Positions 1-13,090 of a DNA stretch of 64,000 nucleotides are shown here, piece by piece. Below the pieces are notes generated by a model. That model searched no databases. It was not told where the DNA came from and saw nothing but the letters and a program-made list of their open reading frames with translations. The position numbers and the translations under genes are program-made. How positions within the stretch are numbered: position 1 is the first letter of the stretch; every line of letters starts with the position of its first letter. The stretch is from positions 43,092,001 to 43,156,000 of the forward strand of contig NC_087436.1 in assembly GCF_036321535.1 (NCBI RefSeq). Direction: 5' to 3'. This stretch comes from Camelus dromedarius (taxonomy: Eukaryota).

Positions 1-442
1 TTCATAAGAAGCTCTCAAAAACTGTTAGCTATTTTTAAAAGAATAGAATAATATCTAAACAGATTTGGGTTTAAGTAGCTTTTACTTGTTTAATAAACTT
101 CAATGTGGTTAAATTTTCACTGAACGGTCACTGTAGTCACTATGTGAATCTGACTGCAAGCTACAATCACAGCCTGTTAGAGCTGGCAGAGGTCTTAAAG
201 TCTTCCAGCCCACACCCCCTCCCCATTTTCCCAGTAAAGCTGAGATTTGGAAAAGTCCAGCAACTTTTCCAGTCACAGATCTCCAGAGCTGGGAGATTTC
301 CACTCTATTTGTAGCGGACACCACCTGGAGCCGCTGGGCAAATGACCTACCGTCTGCTGCCCTCTAGTGGCACGTTGGGGAAATTTTCTTATGAACAATA
401 ATAGAAAAAAGATCATACAGTTCATTTCTGAATATGGGAGGG

Positions 443-638
443 TGGGGGTTAGGGGTACTGAGCCTCCGTGGAGTTGAAATTTCGGGTATATCTTGTACCA
501 GGCCCTCAGTATTGTGGTTCCATATCCACATTTCCCAACTGAGGATTGTGTAAGTACTATAGTATTTACTATTGAGAAATAGCTGCATGTAAGAGCACCC
601 TCACAGTTCAAACCTGTGTTGTTCAAGGGTCAGCTGTA
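443..638. mobile_element. TcMar-Tigger remnant (Tigger2/MER8-like)
   Basis: Ends in gttgttcaagggtcagctg-ta, a Tigger2-type terminal inverted repeat followed by TA. Confidence 0.6.
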
Positions 639-812
639 AAACAAGAACTACTTATTTGCAGAAGGTTCAACAGGCATGTACCAAAGTCTATATGCTATTT
701 GCATTATGAAGTGAAAGTTAAAACTACTAGATGTTTGTTACTATTTATATTTACCAATAGCTAAAATTCTTTCCATACAAATCATATGCAGAATTATTCC
801 TCTTTTTGCATA

Positions 813-1220
813 CAGATCTTCCTTAACTTACAGTGGGGTTATGTCCTGATAAACCCGTTGAAAGTTGAAAATATTGTAAGTCAAAAATGCATTTAATACA
901 CTTAATCTACCAAACATCATAGCTGAATCTAGCCTACCTTAAAAATGCTAAGAACACTTACATTCGTCTAAAGTTGGGAAAAATCATCTAACACAAAGCC
1001 TACTATATAATAAAGTGTTGAATATCTCATGTAATTTATTGAGTTCTCTACTGAAAGTGAAAAACAGAATGGTTATCTGGGGACAGAATGGTTGTTAAGT
1101 GTATCAGATGTTTATCCTTGTGATGGCGTGGCTGACTGGGAGCTGCGGCCACTACCCAGCGTCATGAGAGAGAATCATACACATACCATTAGTCTGGGAA
1201 AAGACCCAAATGGAAAATCC
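813..1220 (+). mobile_element. TcMar-Tigger remnant (MER82-like)
   Basis: ta-cagatcttccttaacttacagtggggttatgtcctgataaaccc... resembles the recalled MER82 5' end. Confidence 0.65.
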
Positions 1221-1554
1221 TTAGTGCCTTTAATTTATTTTTAAAAATCCAGGTTACTAGACAAAAAGCAATGAAGTAAAAGTAATTTTCTATTAAGAAC
1301 AAATTTTGCTCAAAAGTGCAATATCATTTGTGAATACATCTTAAAAGTAAATTATTTCGATTTGCATCATGTAACAAACAGAAGAATCCTCTATTTGTTA
1401 CACATTCTTTCTATTCTTTTGCTTTAAATAATTTCATGAATGTATTAATTTTGACACATTTACATGTGCTGATTCATAAATATTCCATAAATGATATTAC
1501 TTTACAAAGAGACAGGTGAACAAGCTTTGATACAAATGAAAATGGGAATATTTT

Positions 1555-1980
1555 CAATGAAATTTTGCCATTTGCAACAACATAGATGACTTAAAGGGTA
1601 TTATGCTAAGTGAAATCAGCCAGACAGAGAAAGACAAATACTGTGTGATATCCCTTATATGTGGAATCTAAAAAATACAACAAACTAGTGAATATAACAA
1701 AAAAGAAACAGACTCACGGATATAGAAAATAAACTAGTGGTTTCCAGTGGGGGAGGGGCAAGAGAGGGGTAGAGGATTAAGAGGAACAAACTATTATGTA
1801 TAAAATAAGCTACATGGATATATTGTACAGCACAGAGACTATAGCCAATATTTTATAATAACTATAAATGGAGTATAACCTTTAAAATTGTGAATCACTA
1901 TATTGTACATTTGTAACATAATATTATACATCAACTGTATAAAAATTCTGAAAATCTTACTAAAATTAAAAAAAAAACAA
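1555..1980 (+). mobile_element. LINE-1 3' end fragment
   Basis: gccatttgcaacaac...atgctaagtgaaat..ccagacagagaaagacaaatac motif, then a 3' UTR and A-rich tail. Confidence 0.85.
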
Positions 1981-2579
1981 CCCTAGTTGGGGGGTGTGGC
2001 AGGAAAAGAAACAAAAAAGGAATGCTTTTGCTGGTGATAAAGGTAATCTGTATATTGGAATGCACAAAATGGAGCCTGCCCCAGTGGTCTGGCCCACGTC
2101 ACAAATCTCAGTCAGCCCCCACTGTCAAAGAAACATAATATGCCAATCACACTGATCACAAGCCTCCGACTTAGCTTTGGCTAGCTTACCTGACTCTAGA
2201 AAATAGGACCTGCAAACCTTGTAAGGGAATACATGACCTCCTGGCCAATTGTGCCATTTCCAAGTTGCCTCCTCTAGTGTTCTATCAAGCTCACTTTTGC
2301 CCCCAATAAATAAAGAACATGAAATGTGTTACTAAATTGTTCTGTTTCTGTCTTATGATGCTGATGATACTGAAGGCCGTTTAGGAGAGACATGTGGTTG
2401 TGTGTGGTATGGAGTCAGAGATAAGGTTTTCTCTCTTATTGCAAAAGCTGTGCCAAGATGGGCATGACTTAAATGTTCTTAACCAATTTATTTGAACATT
2501 TATTAAGAAAGTGCTGATCATTTTAAGGGAGAATATATGACTTCTGACTTCTTAAAAAGATACAAAAATCAAGACTGGA

Positions 2580-3740
2580 TACTACATTTTACCAAATGCC
2601 TTTTGGCCATCTATAGAAATGATCACAGATTGTTTTTCTCTGTTGACCTTTCAATGTGAGTAATTAAATTAACAGCTACTAGTAATGAGCCATTTTTGCA
2701 TTTTGGAATGAAGTCACTTGGTCAGAGTTTGTTATTTTTTAAAGTGTGTGCCAAATTATATTTGCTATTTTATTTGTGATTTTTACATAGCTATGCCTTA
2801 GAAAAACTGGTCTATGGGTTTTTGTTAATGTTGTTATTTTGAATGTTTTTGATTGTATCCTGTCCAGTTTTGGTACCAAAGATATGTTGCTTTGTAAAAA
2901 AAAAAAAAAAAAGAAAAAGAAAAAAAAAGGAAATTTTCTGTTCTCCCAGGGCCCTGTGGCAGTGTAAATGCTATTGGAATTATCTGTGTAATTAAAGCTT
3001 AATAGAATCCATCTGTGACAGCACAGAGTTCTGGCGCTTTCTTGGGGGGTTAAATCTTTGGCTACATTCTTAATTTCTCCCACAGTCACTGAGTGTATTA
3101 AAATCAGTGTTCTCCAGAGAAGCCAAACCCATAGGATATATATAAGTAGATAGAAAGAGACTTATTGTGAGGAACTGGCTTACGCAATCTTGGAGGCTGA
3201 GAGGTCCCGCGATCCACTGTCTGCAAGCAGGAGGCCCACGGAAGCCCGTGGTGTAGTTCCAGCCCAGCCCAAAGGCCCGAGAAGAAGGGGGCCATTGTAC
3301 AAGTTCTGGTCCAAGTCCCAAGGCCGGAGAACCAGGAGCACTGACATCTAAGGACAGAAGATAGATGTCCTAGCTAAAGCAAATTCACCCTCCATCTGCC
3401 TTTTGTTCTGTTTAGGCCCTTAATGAACTAGATGAGCCTCACCTGTACTGGTGAAGGCGGGTCTTTACCCAGTCTGCCCAGCAAACGCTAAACTCCGCTG
3501 GAAAAAGCCGCACAGACGCCCAGAAATAATGTGGTACCAGCCATCTGGGCATCCGTCAGCCCAGTCAGGTTGACAGATTAAATTAGCCATCACATTGGTG
3601 TTTACCTTTATTGTCTCTTCTGTGATCAATTTTAGTAATTTCTGTTTAAACAAAATCATCTCTTTTATTCAGGTTTCTAAATTTACTTACATAAAGTTAG
3701 GTCATTTTTTTTTTATAAATATTTCTTCCCTGATTATCTC
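2580..3740 (-). mobile_element. Old LINE-1 ORF2 remnant, interrupted by an MLT2 LTR
   Basis: Degenerate antisense L1 ORF2-like sequence on both sides of the LTR; boundaries approximate. Confidence 0.55.
3094..3594 (-). mobile_element. MLT2-family (ERVL) solo LTR
   Basis: Termini tgtatta...gttctccagaga and cccagtcaggttgacagattaaattagccatcaca match recalled MLT2 ends; TG...CA. Confidence 0.8.
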
Positions 3741-3748
3741 CCTAAAGG

Positions 3749-3764
3749 TGTTCTGTTTCCAACT

Positions 3765-3818
<54 letters not shown>

Positions 3819-4025
3819 GGGGGGGTTCCCTGACACCAGCTGGATGGGTCAAATCTGACACCATCTACCCAGAGACAGCATCAGATCCCACCGGTTAAGG
3901 GCTGGGTCTTACAAGACTGTCCCTTCCCTCACCCCACCCCTCTGCCCCAGCTTCAGACGCTAGTCAGAACCCCAGGTTGTCTCCTGTGTCACCAACCGGC
4001 TCTAGAGGTGCCAACGACCACCTGT
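3749..4025. mobile_element. LTR fragment, MER21-like
   Basis: tctgacaccatctacccagagacagcatcagatcccac...caagactg motif. Confidence 0.55.
3767..3816. repeat. (TG)25 microsatellite
   Basis: Perfect dinucleotide run of 50 bp. Confidence 0.97.
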
Positions 4026-4815
4026 GACTCTCAGGGGTGACAGCATGTGCTTGTGGAGGCCATTTTCTGAGCTATCAATTATTTGTGAGTTACTTGGAAA
4101 ATTCACACGGGGTCCAACTCATTCAGAAGTTGCTGCTATGCGAGTTCCATGGAAGCCCTCTGTCATAGCCTGGAGGAGCGCTGAGCTCTGGTCCACGCCC
4201 AAGAAAAACAGGCTCGATGTGTATTTCATGCTGACATTGATATCCCATTGTTTCTGCACATCCTCAAAGCCAGCTGTTGTGTTCACATCCACCTCCATCA
4301 GTCCAGGGCCCTGCCAGCACTTCTCTTTGAAGCAGCTGAGCTGGCCCTGCTGCCAGTGGGGAACATTCAGTAGGGGAATTTGGGTGGCTTTATCTAATTC
4401 CACAGTTTTGAAAGTGAAGAAAAATGAAAACCAAAAATAGAGTATGTGTGGGAAGTTTAAAAAAAGGATCGGAAACCAGAACCATGGTTTGAGGGCCTGG
4501 GAAGAAAAAGAGACCCTGAAGAACCCTTCCTCTGAAGGGGAAGTGAATCGAAGGGCGAGCTGACAAGCGTGTCCCGTGAGCCCCTGAGAGCAAGCACTTA
4601 ACTCTATTCTCTGACCTGAAGGCTAACACTTTCAATACCTACCCAGAGCTCACTCCTCCCCACACAAGCGGAAGGTCACAAGTATGAGTCTGTAACTAAT
4701 GGCCTTCAAGGACACACAGGCCACAGTGGCACTCCCGGATTAGAGGGGTTGACAAATGGGGCAGGACTGGCTGCCCTCCCCTGGTCCGGTGAGGCCGGAG
4801 GATTCTGAGGCAGGC

Positions 4816-5025
4816 ACCGTCGGCCCTCCTTACCCTCGGTCCGCGTTCATGGATTCAACCCACTGCAGATCAGTTTTTCTTTGGTTGAATCCCTGGATGT
4901 GGAACCCACAGATTTGGAGGGCTGGCTTTACCACACAATTTTGCGTAATGAACTTGAGCACCTGCCGGTTTTGGTATCCATAGGGGTCTGGAACTGATCC
5001 CCCTGGGCTAACGAGGTATGACTGT
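4816..5025. mobile_element. MER2-like Tigger-derived MITE
   Basis: cgtcggccctcc...atggattcaacc and ttgagca...ttttggtatcc...gactgta ends. Confidence 0.6.
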
Positions 5026-6829
5026 ATTATTACCTCTTATTTTACTGATGAGGGAATTGTGTTCCAGAGGGTAAACTTTCATGAAGTCATGTAAATATTG
5101 ACATAGCTGGGCTGATTCCAATCCAGTCTTATCCAAGATCAGCTATTTAACCTCTGTGTCATATTACTTCACTGAAACATCTCAAGGATTTATCAACTGA
5201 ACACTTCCACTGATTGAAGAGACCCACTGAAGTCCTACAAATACCACTGTCACATCTCTGGCTACTGTCCGTAACAGCTCTACCCAAAGTATATTCATAC
5301 ATATCATTTACTCCATACCATGGAGCTAATTCAAAGCAAGCAAGAAAGTACTTTGGTTTTTCCCAGCAAGTCTGAATGTAACCAAAAAAGAATATTTTAA
5401 CTTGTGTGCAGGATTTGGGAATCAAAATTTTTCTTATGATAGTTGAAAGATTTTCTTAAATGTTTCTATTATTAGAGTGAGAAAAAGTTGTATTACATCT
5501 TTACTTAGGTGATTCATTCTGAGATTGTGATTGTAATTGTAACTTCAATTAGATCAGAAACAGAAATCATACCTTAACTGAAGGAAGGAGAGTGTGTTTT
5601 CAAACAGGTAGCAGCAGCTGAAGACAGACTTTCAAACAGTTCTTTTCAAAAGTGTAATGAAAACAAGCAGACCATCTTTGTGCCATTAATCACGAAAAGC
5701 ATGTCGTGATTTGGGTTCTCGTTAAGTATTTGTTTAGCTTCCCTTTATCTGTTTATTCATGTGCTTGTCTGCTTGCCCACACCTAGACCTGTGATGACAT
5801 AAATTAAATGACACAGGCAACTTCAAGTTCAAATTCAAGTCTGTGTCAATGTGCCTGTACGGAATTTGCACCTCCTTATGGCTAATTCAAGTCATTTATG
5901 AGCTGTACATAAACTTCCCTCAGTCTGGAGGGTTCCGCCTCACCTTACACTTTAAATATATTTCTGTAAAAGGTCATATAAACCACTGTTCTTTTTGTAC
6001 TGGGGTCTGCACACCACATAATTAAACGTGGGGAGACACTGAGCAGCCTCTGATGCTTTCATCTCCTTGATCAAACTCAAGGCAATGGAAGCCCAGAGCT
6101 TCTGTCAGCAGAAAGCACAGCACATGAAACAGATGGGTGGAAGATGGATGTTCACTCACACACTCCTACTTGGGAAAATTTTTTTTAACTTTGATTCTTT
6201 TCTTTGAAAAATTTCAAGCATAGTTGGTACTTTAATTTTGGAAGATCTTGTAAATCAACCAGGCAGGAGAGCTTCCTATCTCATACTGGGTAAGATGGAA
6301 ATAAAACCTACTCAGTTTTTAAACCATGTCTTTCTGTTTTTGCAGTATAAAAATATTATTACAGCAGCACTAAGGGGATTTTTCAAAAACCAAAAAATAT
6401 GCTCCAAATAGAACAGGTTTCAGTTTTGCATATTCCAGCCCTTGTCTTTTATTAATGGATCCATTTATAATTTCTAATTCTCAGGCTATAAGAAATGAAT
6501 AGAACCCCAGAGTGAAATGCTGTTCCCAAAGGCAGGAGGTGTTTTCGGAGAGTCCTGACCTTATAGGAGAGAAGTGAAATGGGGCCCCAGGCTGTGCTGC
6601 TGACCCCTGGTTACCCTCTCTCCTCAACTCCTCCAGGCCCCATATTCCTATTTCTCATTTACTAGCGATCCCCAAACTAAAAATCAACTTTTATCTTCCC
6701 CCTTTGCATAAGAGTAACAATAAAATTTCTCTGAGGGCAGGGTCAACATCTTTCTATTCCTCCCAGGGCTTAATACAGAGTTGGGCTTATCACATTCTGC
6801 TACCAAAGGAAAACGAGAAACTTGCACAT

Positions 6830-6978
6830 CTTGGGGAGTGACGGAATTGTTAGGGATCTTGATTGTGGCGGTGGTTTCATAGGTGTAGACATCTATCAAA
6901 AGTCACTGAATTGTGCATCTGAAATATGTGTAATTTACTCTACAGAAATTATACCACAATAAAGTTAAAAAAAAAAAG
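6830..6978 (+). mobile_element. Old LINE-1 3' terminal fragment
   Basis: atcttgattgtggcggtggtt...caataaagttaaaaaa tail. Confidence 0.7.
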
Positions 6979-7086
6979 AACAAAAGCAAGTCGTGCCTTT
7001 CTTTTGGCTTCACATCTATCTTGTCTATTAAGTTTCTCATCTCCTGAAATCACACGTGAGTGATAAAGAAGAACCAATCACTGTTG

Positions 7087-9192
7087 CCACATTTAACACT
7101 TGTACATTTTATTTAATTAAATCAGCCATTGTACACATTGCAGCTATGTATTGTTAGTGTTGTATTTTTTTTCCGTTAACTAATACATGCCCTCATAGAT
7201 ATATTCAATTAGTGTTATCACCATGGGAACAAGATGCTGATTCGTCAACTGAAAATTCACTTCTTCTCACAGTATTCAAGTTTTTTGATTACACAGCAAA
7301 AATCAAAACTGAAAAAAAAAAGGTGAATAACCATTATGTTGTTACACAGACATCATCTGCACTGCAAATAACACAACAGAAATGCTTTTCTTGAGCTCCA
7401 GTGAAGGTTTGGACAAGAAGGCCGTGGTGAGTCTCAAAAAGGTTCACCACTGGCCTCCTTCATTTTGGCTGCCAAAGAATGCTTTATTTCCTATCCAACT
7501 GCCAAACAGTACTAGCCTTTGAGGCTTAGGAGATCTGGCTTGTGGGAAACCTCCCTCCCAGGAAATTTTCTCTCTTGGCAACGTTACTTGAAATGATGAA
7601 GTGTCATTGTTTGTCGTATTTGCTTTTGACATTCGGAACAATGAGTCATTTTTGCACAACAGGAAAAGACCAGATAGAATTGGAAAATGTTTAATCCCTG
7701 GAGGATAGACTCTGGTTTTTAAAATCTTTTTAATCTCATCTTCATTGAATATACTTTTCTTTAACAAATAACTGATTCAAAATGTATACTGTTTATATGA
7801 ATATATTTGTGAATATATATATATATGTTAAAATGCTACACAGCGTCAACCACTAGAGGAATAAGGAATAGGACGTGGAAATCACTCAGATGATTAAAGT
7901 CCCTTCTCTGAAACAAACAGGAAAGTGCACGAACACACTTCAGAGTTTCCAAGGGAGTTTGGATTTCAAATAAATAAATCAAAAATTTTAACCCAAACCA
8001 AATTTTTCAGGATTTCTCAATCTAGTCTGCAAGCTAAAAAACAGACCTAGCTGAAAAGTGAACAGTGCTTGCTGAGGGTCAAAAGAATGAAAACCATTAA
8101 TGTGATCAGAAGAGGGGTCTGGACTGTGGTTTTGATTCTTCAATGCTACATGCAGGTATCAGAGAAGATATAAACCCAGAGGGGGGTAAAAAAAAGAAGA
8201 AGAAACTACTCCAACATGGTGAAGGAGCTTAACCATTTGTGTAGTGGGCAAATCTTGTTTCCAATGAATTATCTACAGTGCAGTGGCCAGGAGAAAGTAC
8301 CACCAATAAGACAGCGTGGTTTGCTAAAGCAGCAATGAAAACTGGAAAACTACAGTAGTTATAGCTTTTTAAAATACCCTGCCAACGTGTCCCAAATCCA
8401 AAGGACCTGAAGATGCCGGACAGCACAGGATGCAGCTGCCAGCACCTGAGTACCTTATTGTTTCCTTCTGGTCACCTCCACTCCCTTCCTGCCCTCCCTC
8501 AGTGGCTGTTGGCAAGTCATAAATCACGGCTGGCCAGCATCAGCAGTAAGTGCTTAGTTAGGACAGTTCTTCAAGGTTATTAGTCCATCGCTAACTAGGA
8601 GCAAGGGCTACTCTGGAAGTTCTAAGGACATGGTAGGTCTGAAGTGCTTCTTTTGCAGTAGAACTGTGTCATCATTCGATTGTGTTAGCAATATCTTAAT
8701 GAATCGTTGTTCAGCAATTTCTAGAGGCCTTTTTTCTGTGATGCCCAGTGTAGTTATGACAGGCAGTGGTTTTAATTTTAACGTGTTGTCCATCTGAGCA
8801 TTTTAGCTACATATTGTACACAGATCTCTCTTTGTAGGATTCCTATGTGTCATCATTGGAAGAGGTCTGCAGGTGAAGTTCTTCTGTTCAATGGATTTTC
8901 ATGGAGCTTGTGCAGAAGCCAAGAACAATGGAGGCGGCCAGTTCCCAGGTTAGCACAGACACAACAAAGTGGTGGATACAGCATCCAGAATGAAGGATGC
9001 TATCTTTGGTCACAAATTAGCTTACAGTTAAAGAGGATGGGGGAAAAACTCAAATGAGATGCCGTGTATTTGCTAGACGTGGAAATATCAGGGTATCCCA
9101 TTAATCCGGCCAGTTAGGTCAGCCCTCTAATGAAATGGGAAGTTGCATATCAAGTGAATGCGTGGTTTCTGTTGTGAGAATTGGGCAGCCCC
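7087..9192 (-). other. ANK2: ANK2 3' UTR
   Basis: AU-rich stretch with no recognisable transposon between the stop codons and the poly(A) signal; the cleavage site is approximate. Confidence 0.8.
7108..7113 (-). terminator. Distal polyadenylation signal AATAAA
   Basis: Sense ...ttaattaAATAAAatgtacaagtgttaaatgtggcaa; TGTA upstream and a T-rich tract downstream. Confidence 0.8.
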
Positions 9193-9376
9193 TCATTTGG
9201 CCTCTTGCTTCAAGTCCTCCTTGCAGAAGTGCCGAAGGAGTTGCTGGAGGTCGTGTTGGAGGTCGTCCTGGTCTAGTGCTCCTGGGACATCCTCCAGGTG
9301 CTCCAAGTAAACGCGTTTTCCGTGCTGGTCCTTCACCACAGCCCTCTTCTGGGTTCTAGCTTTACTCATGGTTGTC
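9193..9376 (-). CDS. ANK2: Terminal exon, long frame (TTMSKARTQKR...DLQQLLRHFCKEDLKQEAK-stop)
   Basis: Same acceptor entered in phase 2 after the 92-nt exon; 60 open codons ending at TGA 9193-9195. Confidence 0.85.
9362..9376 (-). CDS. ANK2: Terminal exon, short frame (DNHE-stop)
   Basis: ctccag|GAC AAC CAT GAG TAA; corresponds to the ...EQSEDNNE C-terminus recalled for canonical human ankyrin-B. Confidence 0.92.
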   Translation of the reverse strand, partial: DNHE

Positions 9377-12108
9377 CTGGAGAGAAGAGACGAGAGAATA
9401 TCATGCTCTCTCTTCACTGCTAACAGGCAGCCACTACCTTTGGTATGAGGGGACCCATGACGTCAAGGTAGTGCTCACTGTCTTACCCCTAGATATTTCT
9501 ACACCGGGGGCTAGTGTAACAACTGCTGCCACATTTTCCCCCATCTTCACTGACTTGTGAGATTTTTTTTTCAAGTGTTTTGGAACAAGGAGTTTTTTTT
9601 TTAACTTTGAGAAATATTTCAAGTAAGTGAAACCATGCTTTCATATGATTCTCTCAAAAAGTAACCATAGGCTCATTCATGTTTTGATTAGGGTGAGCTG
9701 ATGTAAGAGAACGTGGCTCCTTCTGAAATAGCTGTTCCATACGTACTTTTTGACAGGGTACAGAAAATAGTTTTTAATTAAATTTCTTTAAAACGCCACA
9801 GCTTCCAGCTTAACCCATAAGTCACTTCCCAACTGCCCAAAAGTGTTCTCAGAGAACTTTTCCACATGGCATAGACCTATAAAAACTGCAAGATGACCCT
9901 ATCAATATACGGGAAGATGACTACCAGCAGGAGGTGAAGGTCTGCCCGGGCTCCTGCAGCCTCATGTGGAGATGGAGAGGGAGGGGAGGAAAAGGGAAAC
10001 CACCAAGAGACAAATCTCTCCGCCGTCCTCTCAGAGCCCATGCTCCAGGCCCGCTTTATGCCTCCCATGGCCACTCGGCAGTCTGCGGCTTTCTCGGCCC
10101 CCTCATCAGACTGGTGATTGCTTGAGAGAAGGGGCTCTGACGTCCGAGGTTATCGGTACTGTCTATTTTCCTGTGTTCTTACCTGAAAGGGATTCTCTTG
10201 TGAGTCGTTCCCTCTCTACTTGGAAATAATGCTTTTTCATTCCACAAAGATGTGGTGAACATGTTTTACAGGCCAGGTGCTATTATTATAATAACAAATC
10301 AGGAAACTGGATCTCAGAGAATTTAAGCAGAGCTCCAAGTGAAAAATAACCCAGTTAATATGTAGCGGGGCCAAGAGTCAAAGATTTGTTAAAATCACCT
10401 TGAGTTTTAGAAAACGGCTGACTTCAGCCAAAACGCGTCCAGCTTTCCTTTGGACAGCTCATCGCCTCCTCCTCCTCTCGTGTTCTCTTACCTCCTCTTT
10501 CCTTTGATTCTACATGTGAATTATTTTGTATCTGAAAGCAAACTTTAATTTGTTCCTTTGGATAAAATTGTCTAATTTAGTTCCAGTGGTTGAAATCAGG
10601 ATATGTTTTCTAACCATTCAGCACCCATATACAGTCTTTTCTCCAAAAAAGCAAATATGTGACTATTTCTGCCAAAAGCTGGTAGAAACATCTACGGCAT
10701 TGGTGTTGGGGGTTAAGCTTCTGTCAGAGGAGAGGACATTCCCTGGTGTCTTGTGCCCAAGTATGTAGATGAATGTGTTTATGCACATGCATATGTATCC
10801 GACTCAAGCAACGGGATGAATTTACTTGTACATATCTCAGGGGAGCTGTGGGTATGATAAAATGTGTTCAGCAACATATAAGATAAAATGCTGTAGATCA
10901 CAAATTGTCTTCCATAACTAAGTAGCTCTGGAACTGGACTGAAATGTCTGTACCCCTGGATTCAAATTCACTAGCTGTCACTGAGAATTTTGAATTAACT
11001 GGTCTCTAAATCTATTCCCATTTGAAGATCTCACGATGCCAGGGTGTGCGTGGTTTATGTGGTTCCATCTGAACAACTGGATAAAAGACTTAAAAGTTCA
11101 GAGTATAAAAAGCACTTTATCCTTAATTCATGTAGCACTTTTAAAGCTCTGTGAGCAATTACTCTCTTAAATTCCTAGCTGGGATTGTTTTTCACATGTG
11201 GTTGGAGGGTAGAACTGTGACAGAACCTTTAATTTCACTGTTCTAATTATTATGTTCTACAGGCTAAAAAATAGCTTGGTAGAGTATTATAAATGACAAT
11301 TTTTCTCTTCAATGAAGTGAAAAGCACAATAGTAACTTCAATTCCCATTGTGTCTTTTCACTGCGAAGCTGAGAACATTTTATAAATGCTTACAGTGCTG
11401 CTAGAGGCTCAGAAAAGTGAGGGCAGAACCAAGGCAACAGTGCCCAAGTTCACACATTAAATAGGTGATGAGGATGGGGGCGGACCAGAGAGCCTCACAG
11501 CCAGATCCTCTCATATGCACAGTTATGAGCCACCAACTGCTTTTATGATATTTTGCTAACTTATTACGGCCCCTGGTTTCAGCATCGCTGGATACATGTA
11601 GGTTCATGGGTATCAAACTCATGCTCATGTTATTGGCCACTCACATGCAGAATCATGAAACAGCTTGCTTCAAACAAATGAAAAAGCATATGCCATTAAA
11701 GGAATGATTTATCAAGATTGAGCTGAAGGCAGTTGGTCACAAGATTAATTTGTGAGCGACTGATTAGAGTCCTCTTACAATGCTCTCCAAATCTATCAAC
11801 ACTACGGAATATCCCAGCTGGTTGGTCTCAATGAAACTGATGACTTGCTGAAAACACAGGGAGCGACTGTGTAAACAGTCATCTGACTATCATCATGCCT
11901 TAGTCTTACTCGTAAAGCATCAAGAGGACACTGCCGGTATGGCACAGTGCCAGATCTACCTCTTGACAGAAGCCTTAGACTGCAGGGAGAGTCTGCAGTT
12001 CCCAAGGGGCCTTTGGGTGTACGCAGGGGCTCTATTTTCCTTTCCCTGAAATTAGAAAACTTTTTACAGGTGTTAGTTGGCAAAGCATCACCCCATGCTA
12101 ACCCAAAC

Positions 12109-12200
12109 CTTCTAATTATTGATCCATCCTCCTTCAGGACTTCATTCTCTACTAAACTGGGGGAGTGGACTTTCATGTGGCTACCTGTGTAGCTCAAAGC
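12109..12200 (-). CDS. ANK2: 92-nt alternative, frame-switching exon (ALSYTGSHMKVHSPSLVENEVLKEDGSIIR)
   Basis: ctttag|GCT TTG AGC...AGA AG|gtttgg; phase 0-2, matching the long frame of the last exon. Confidence 0.85.
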
Positions 12201-12749
12201 CTAAAGTGAGGGGGAAAAAAAGAAAACAAAGCCCATCATAAGCCATAGATTTTAACATAATCTATTACTTTGCTTAATAAGTAGTCAGTATGAAAATATA
12301 TGCTTGAGAGGATAAAGAAAAACAATTGTTAGGAGCAGATCTAAGTACTGAGTTTTATTTAACAAGTCTGTTATATTCCTCCCATTTGTTGTATTACTTT
12401 ACAAGTGTTGTTAACTATACTGGTTGACTTCTAATTTCCTCCTTGCCTCACCCAATTCCTTTCTATAGTGCAGACTCTAATTATAAATTTAATGAATTAT
12501 GACCAGAGGCAAAAACAAGCAACAAACAAGTAAAGCCCAAACTGCAGAACTCAGATAATTGATCATTTGATTGTCCAAGGTCACCAACTGTCAAAATGTG
12601 AAGAACTGAAAGTATTTAAAATAAGGTTTGCTCTTAATATCCCAGTGCATTCACACATAACCTCAACACATACTGTGGGTATGAGAGGACAACATGTAAC
12701 ATTTAACTTCAAAATGTTTCAACAGAAAAGAGTGTTTTATAGATGTTTG

Positions 12750-13090
12750 TACATGCCCACCATCCCTTACTTGAAACTCTTGAGGCCAAATGTGTTTCAG
12801 ATATCAAATTTCTTTTCCTTTGGGATTTTAGAAAGGTAATATGATGTACATACTGTATATTCTAATATCCCAGATGGGATGGGGACAGCATCCTGTAATC
12901 AAACCCATTAATACAGCAACAGCAAAACATGAATATTCACTCTAGTAGAATAAAAAGACACCAAGTCATTACAGCCTCACGTCAGTTCCCATTAAGTTTT
13001 ACTTTCAAAGTAGCTTGCTACTAACTCACAAAATTTGCTTTGGTTTTCAGAAATTGGGGATTTTTGAATTGTAGTAAGTGTTCATGGATG
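12750..13090. mobile_element. Tigger-type DNA transposon remnant (MER46-like)
   Basis: atcccttacttgaaactcttgaggccaaatgtgtttcaga...ttttagaaaggtaat resembles the recalled consensus. Confidence 0.5.

Noticed and set aside
4024..4440. 138-aa plus-strand ORF and overlapping 94-aa minus-strand ORF
   Set aside because: Non-ATG starts, no recognisable domain or splice structure, and located in repeat-rich intergenic DNA.
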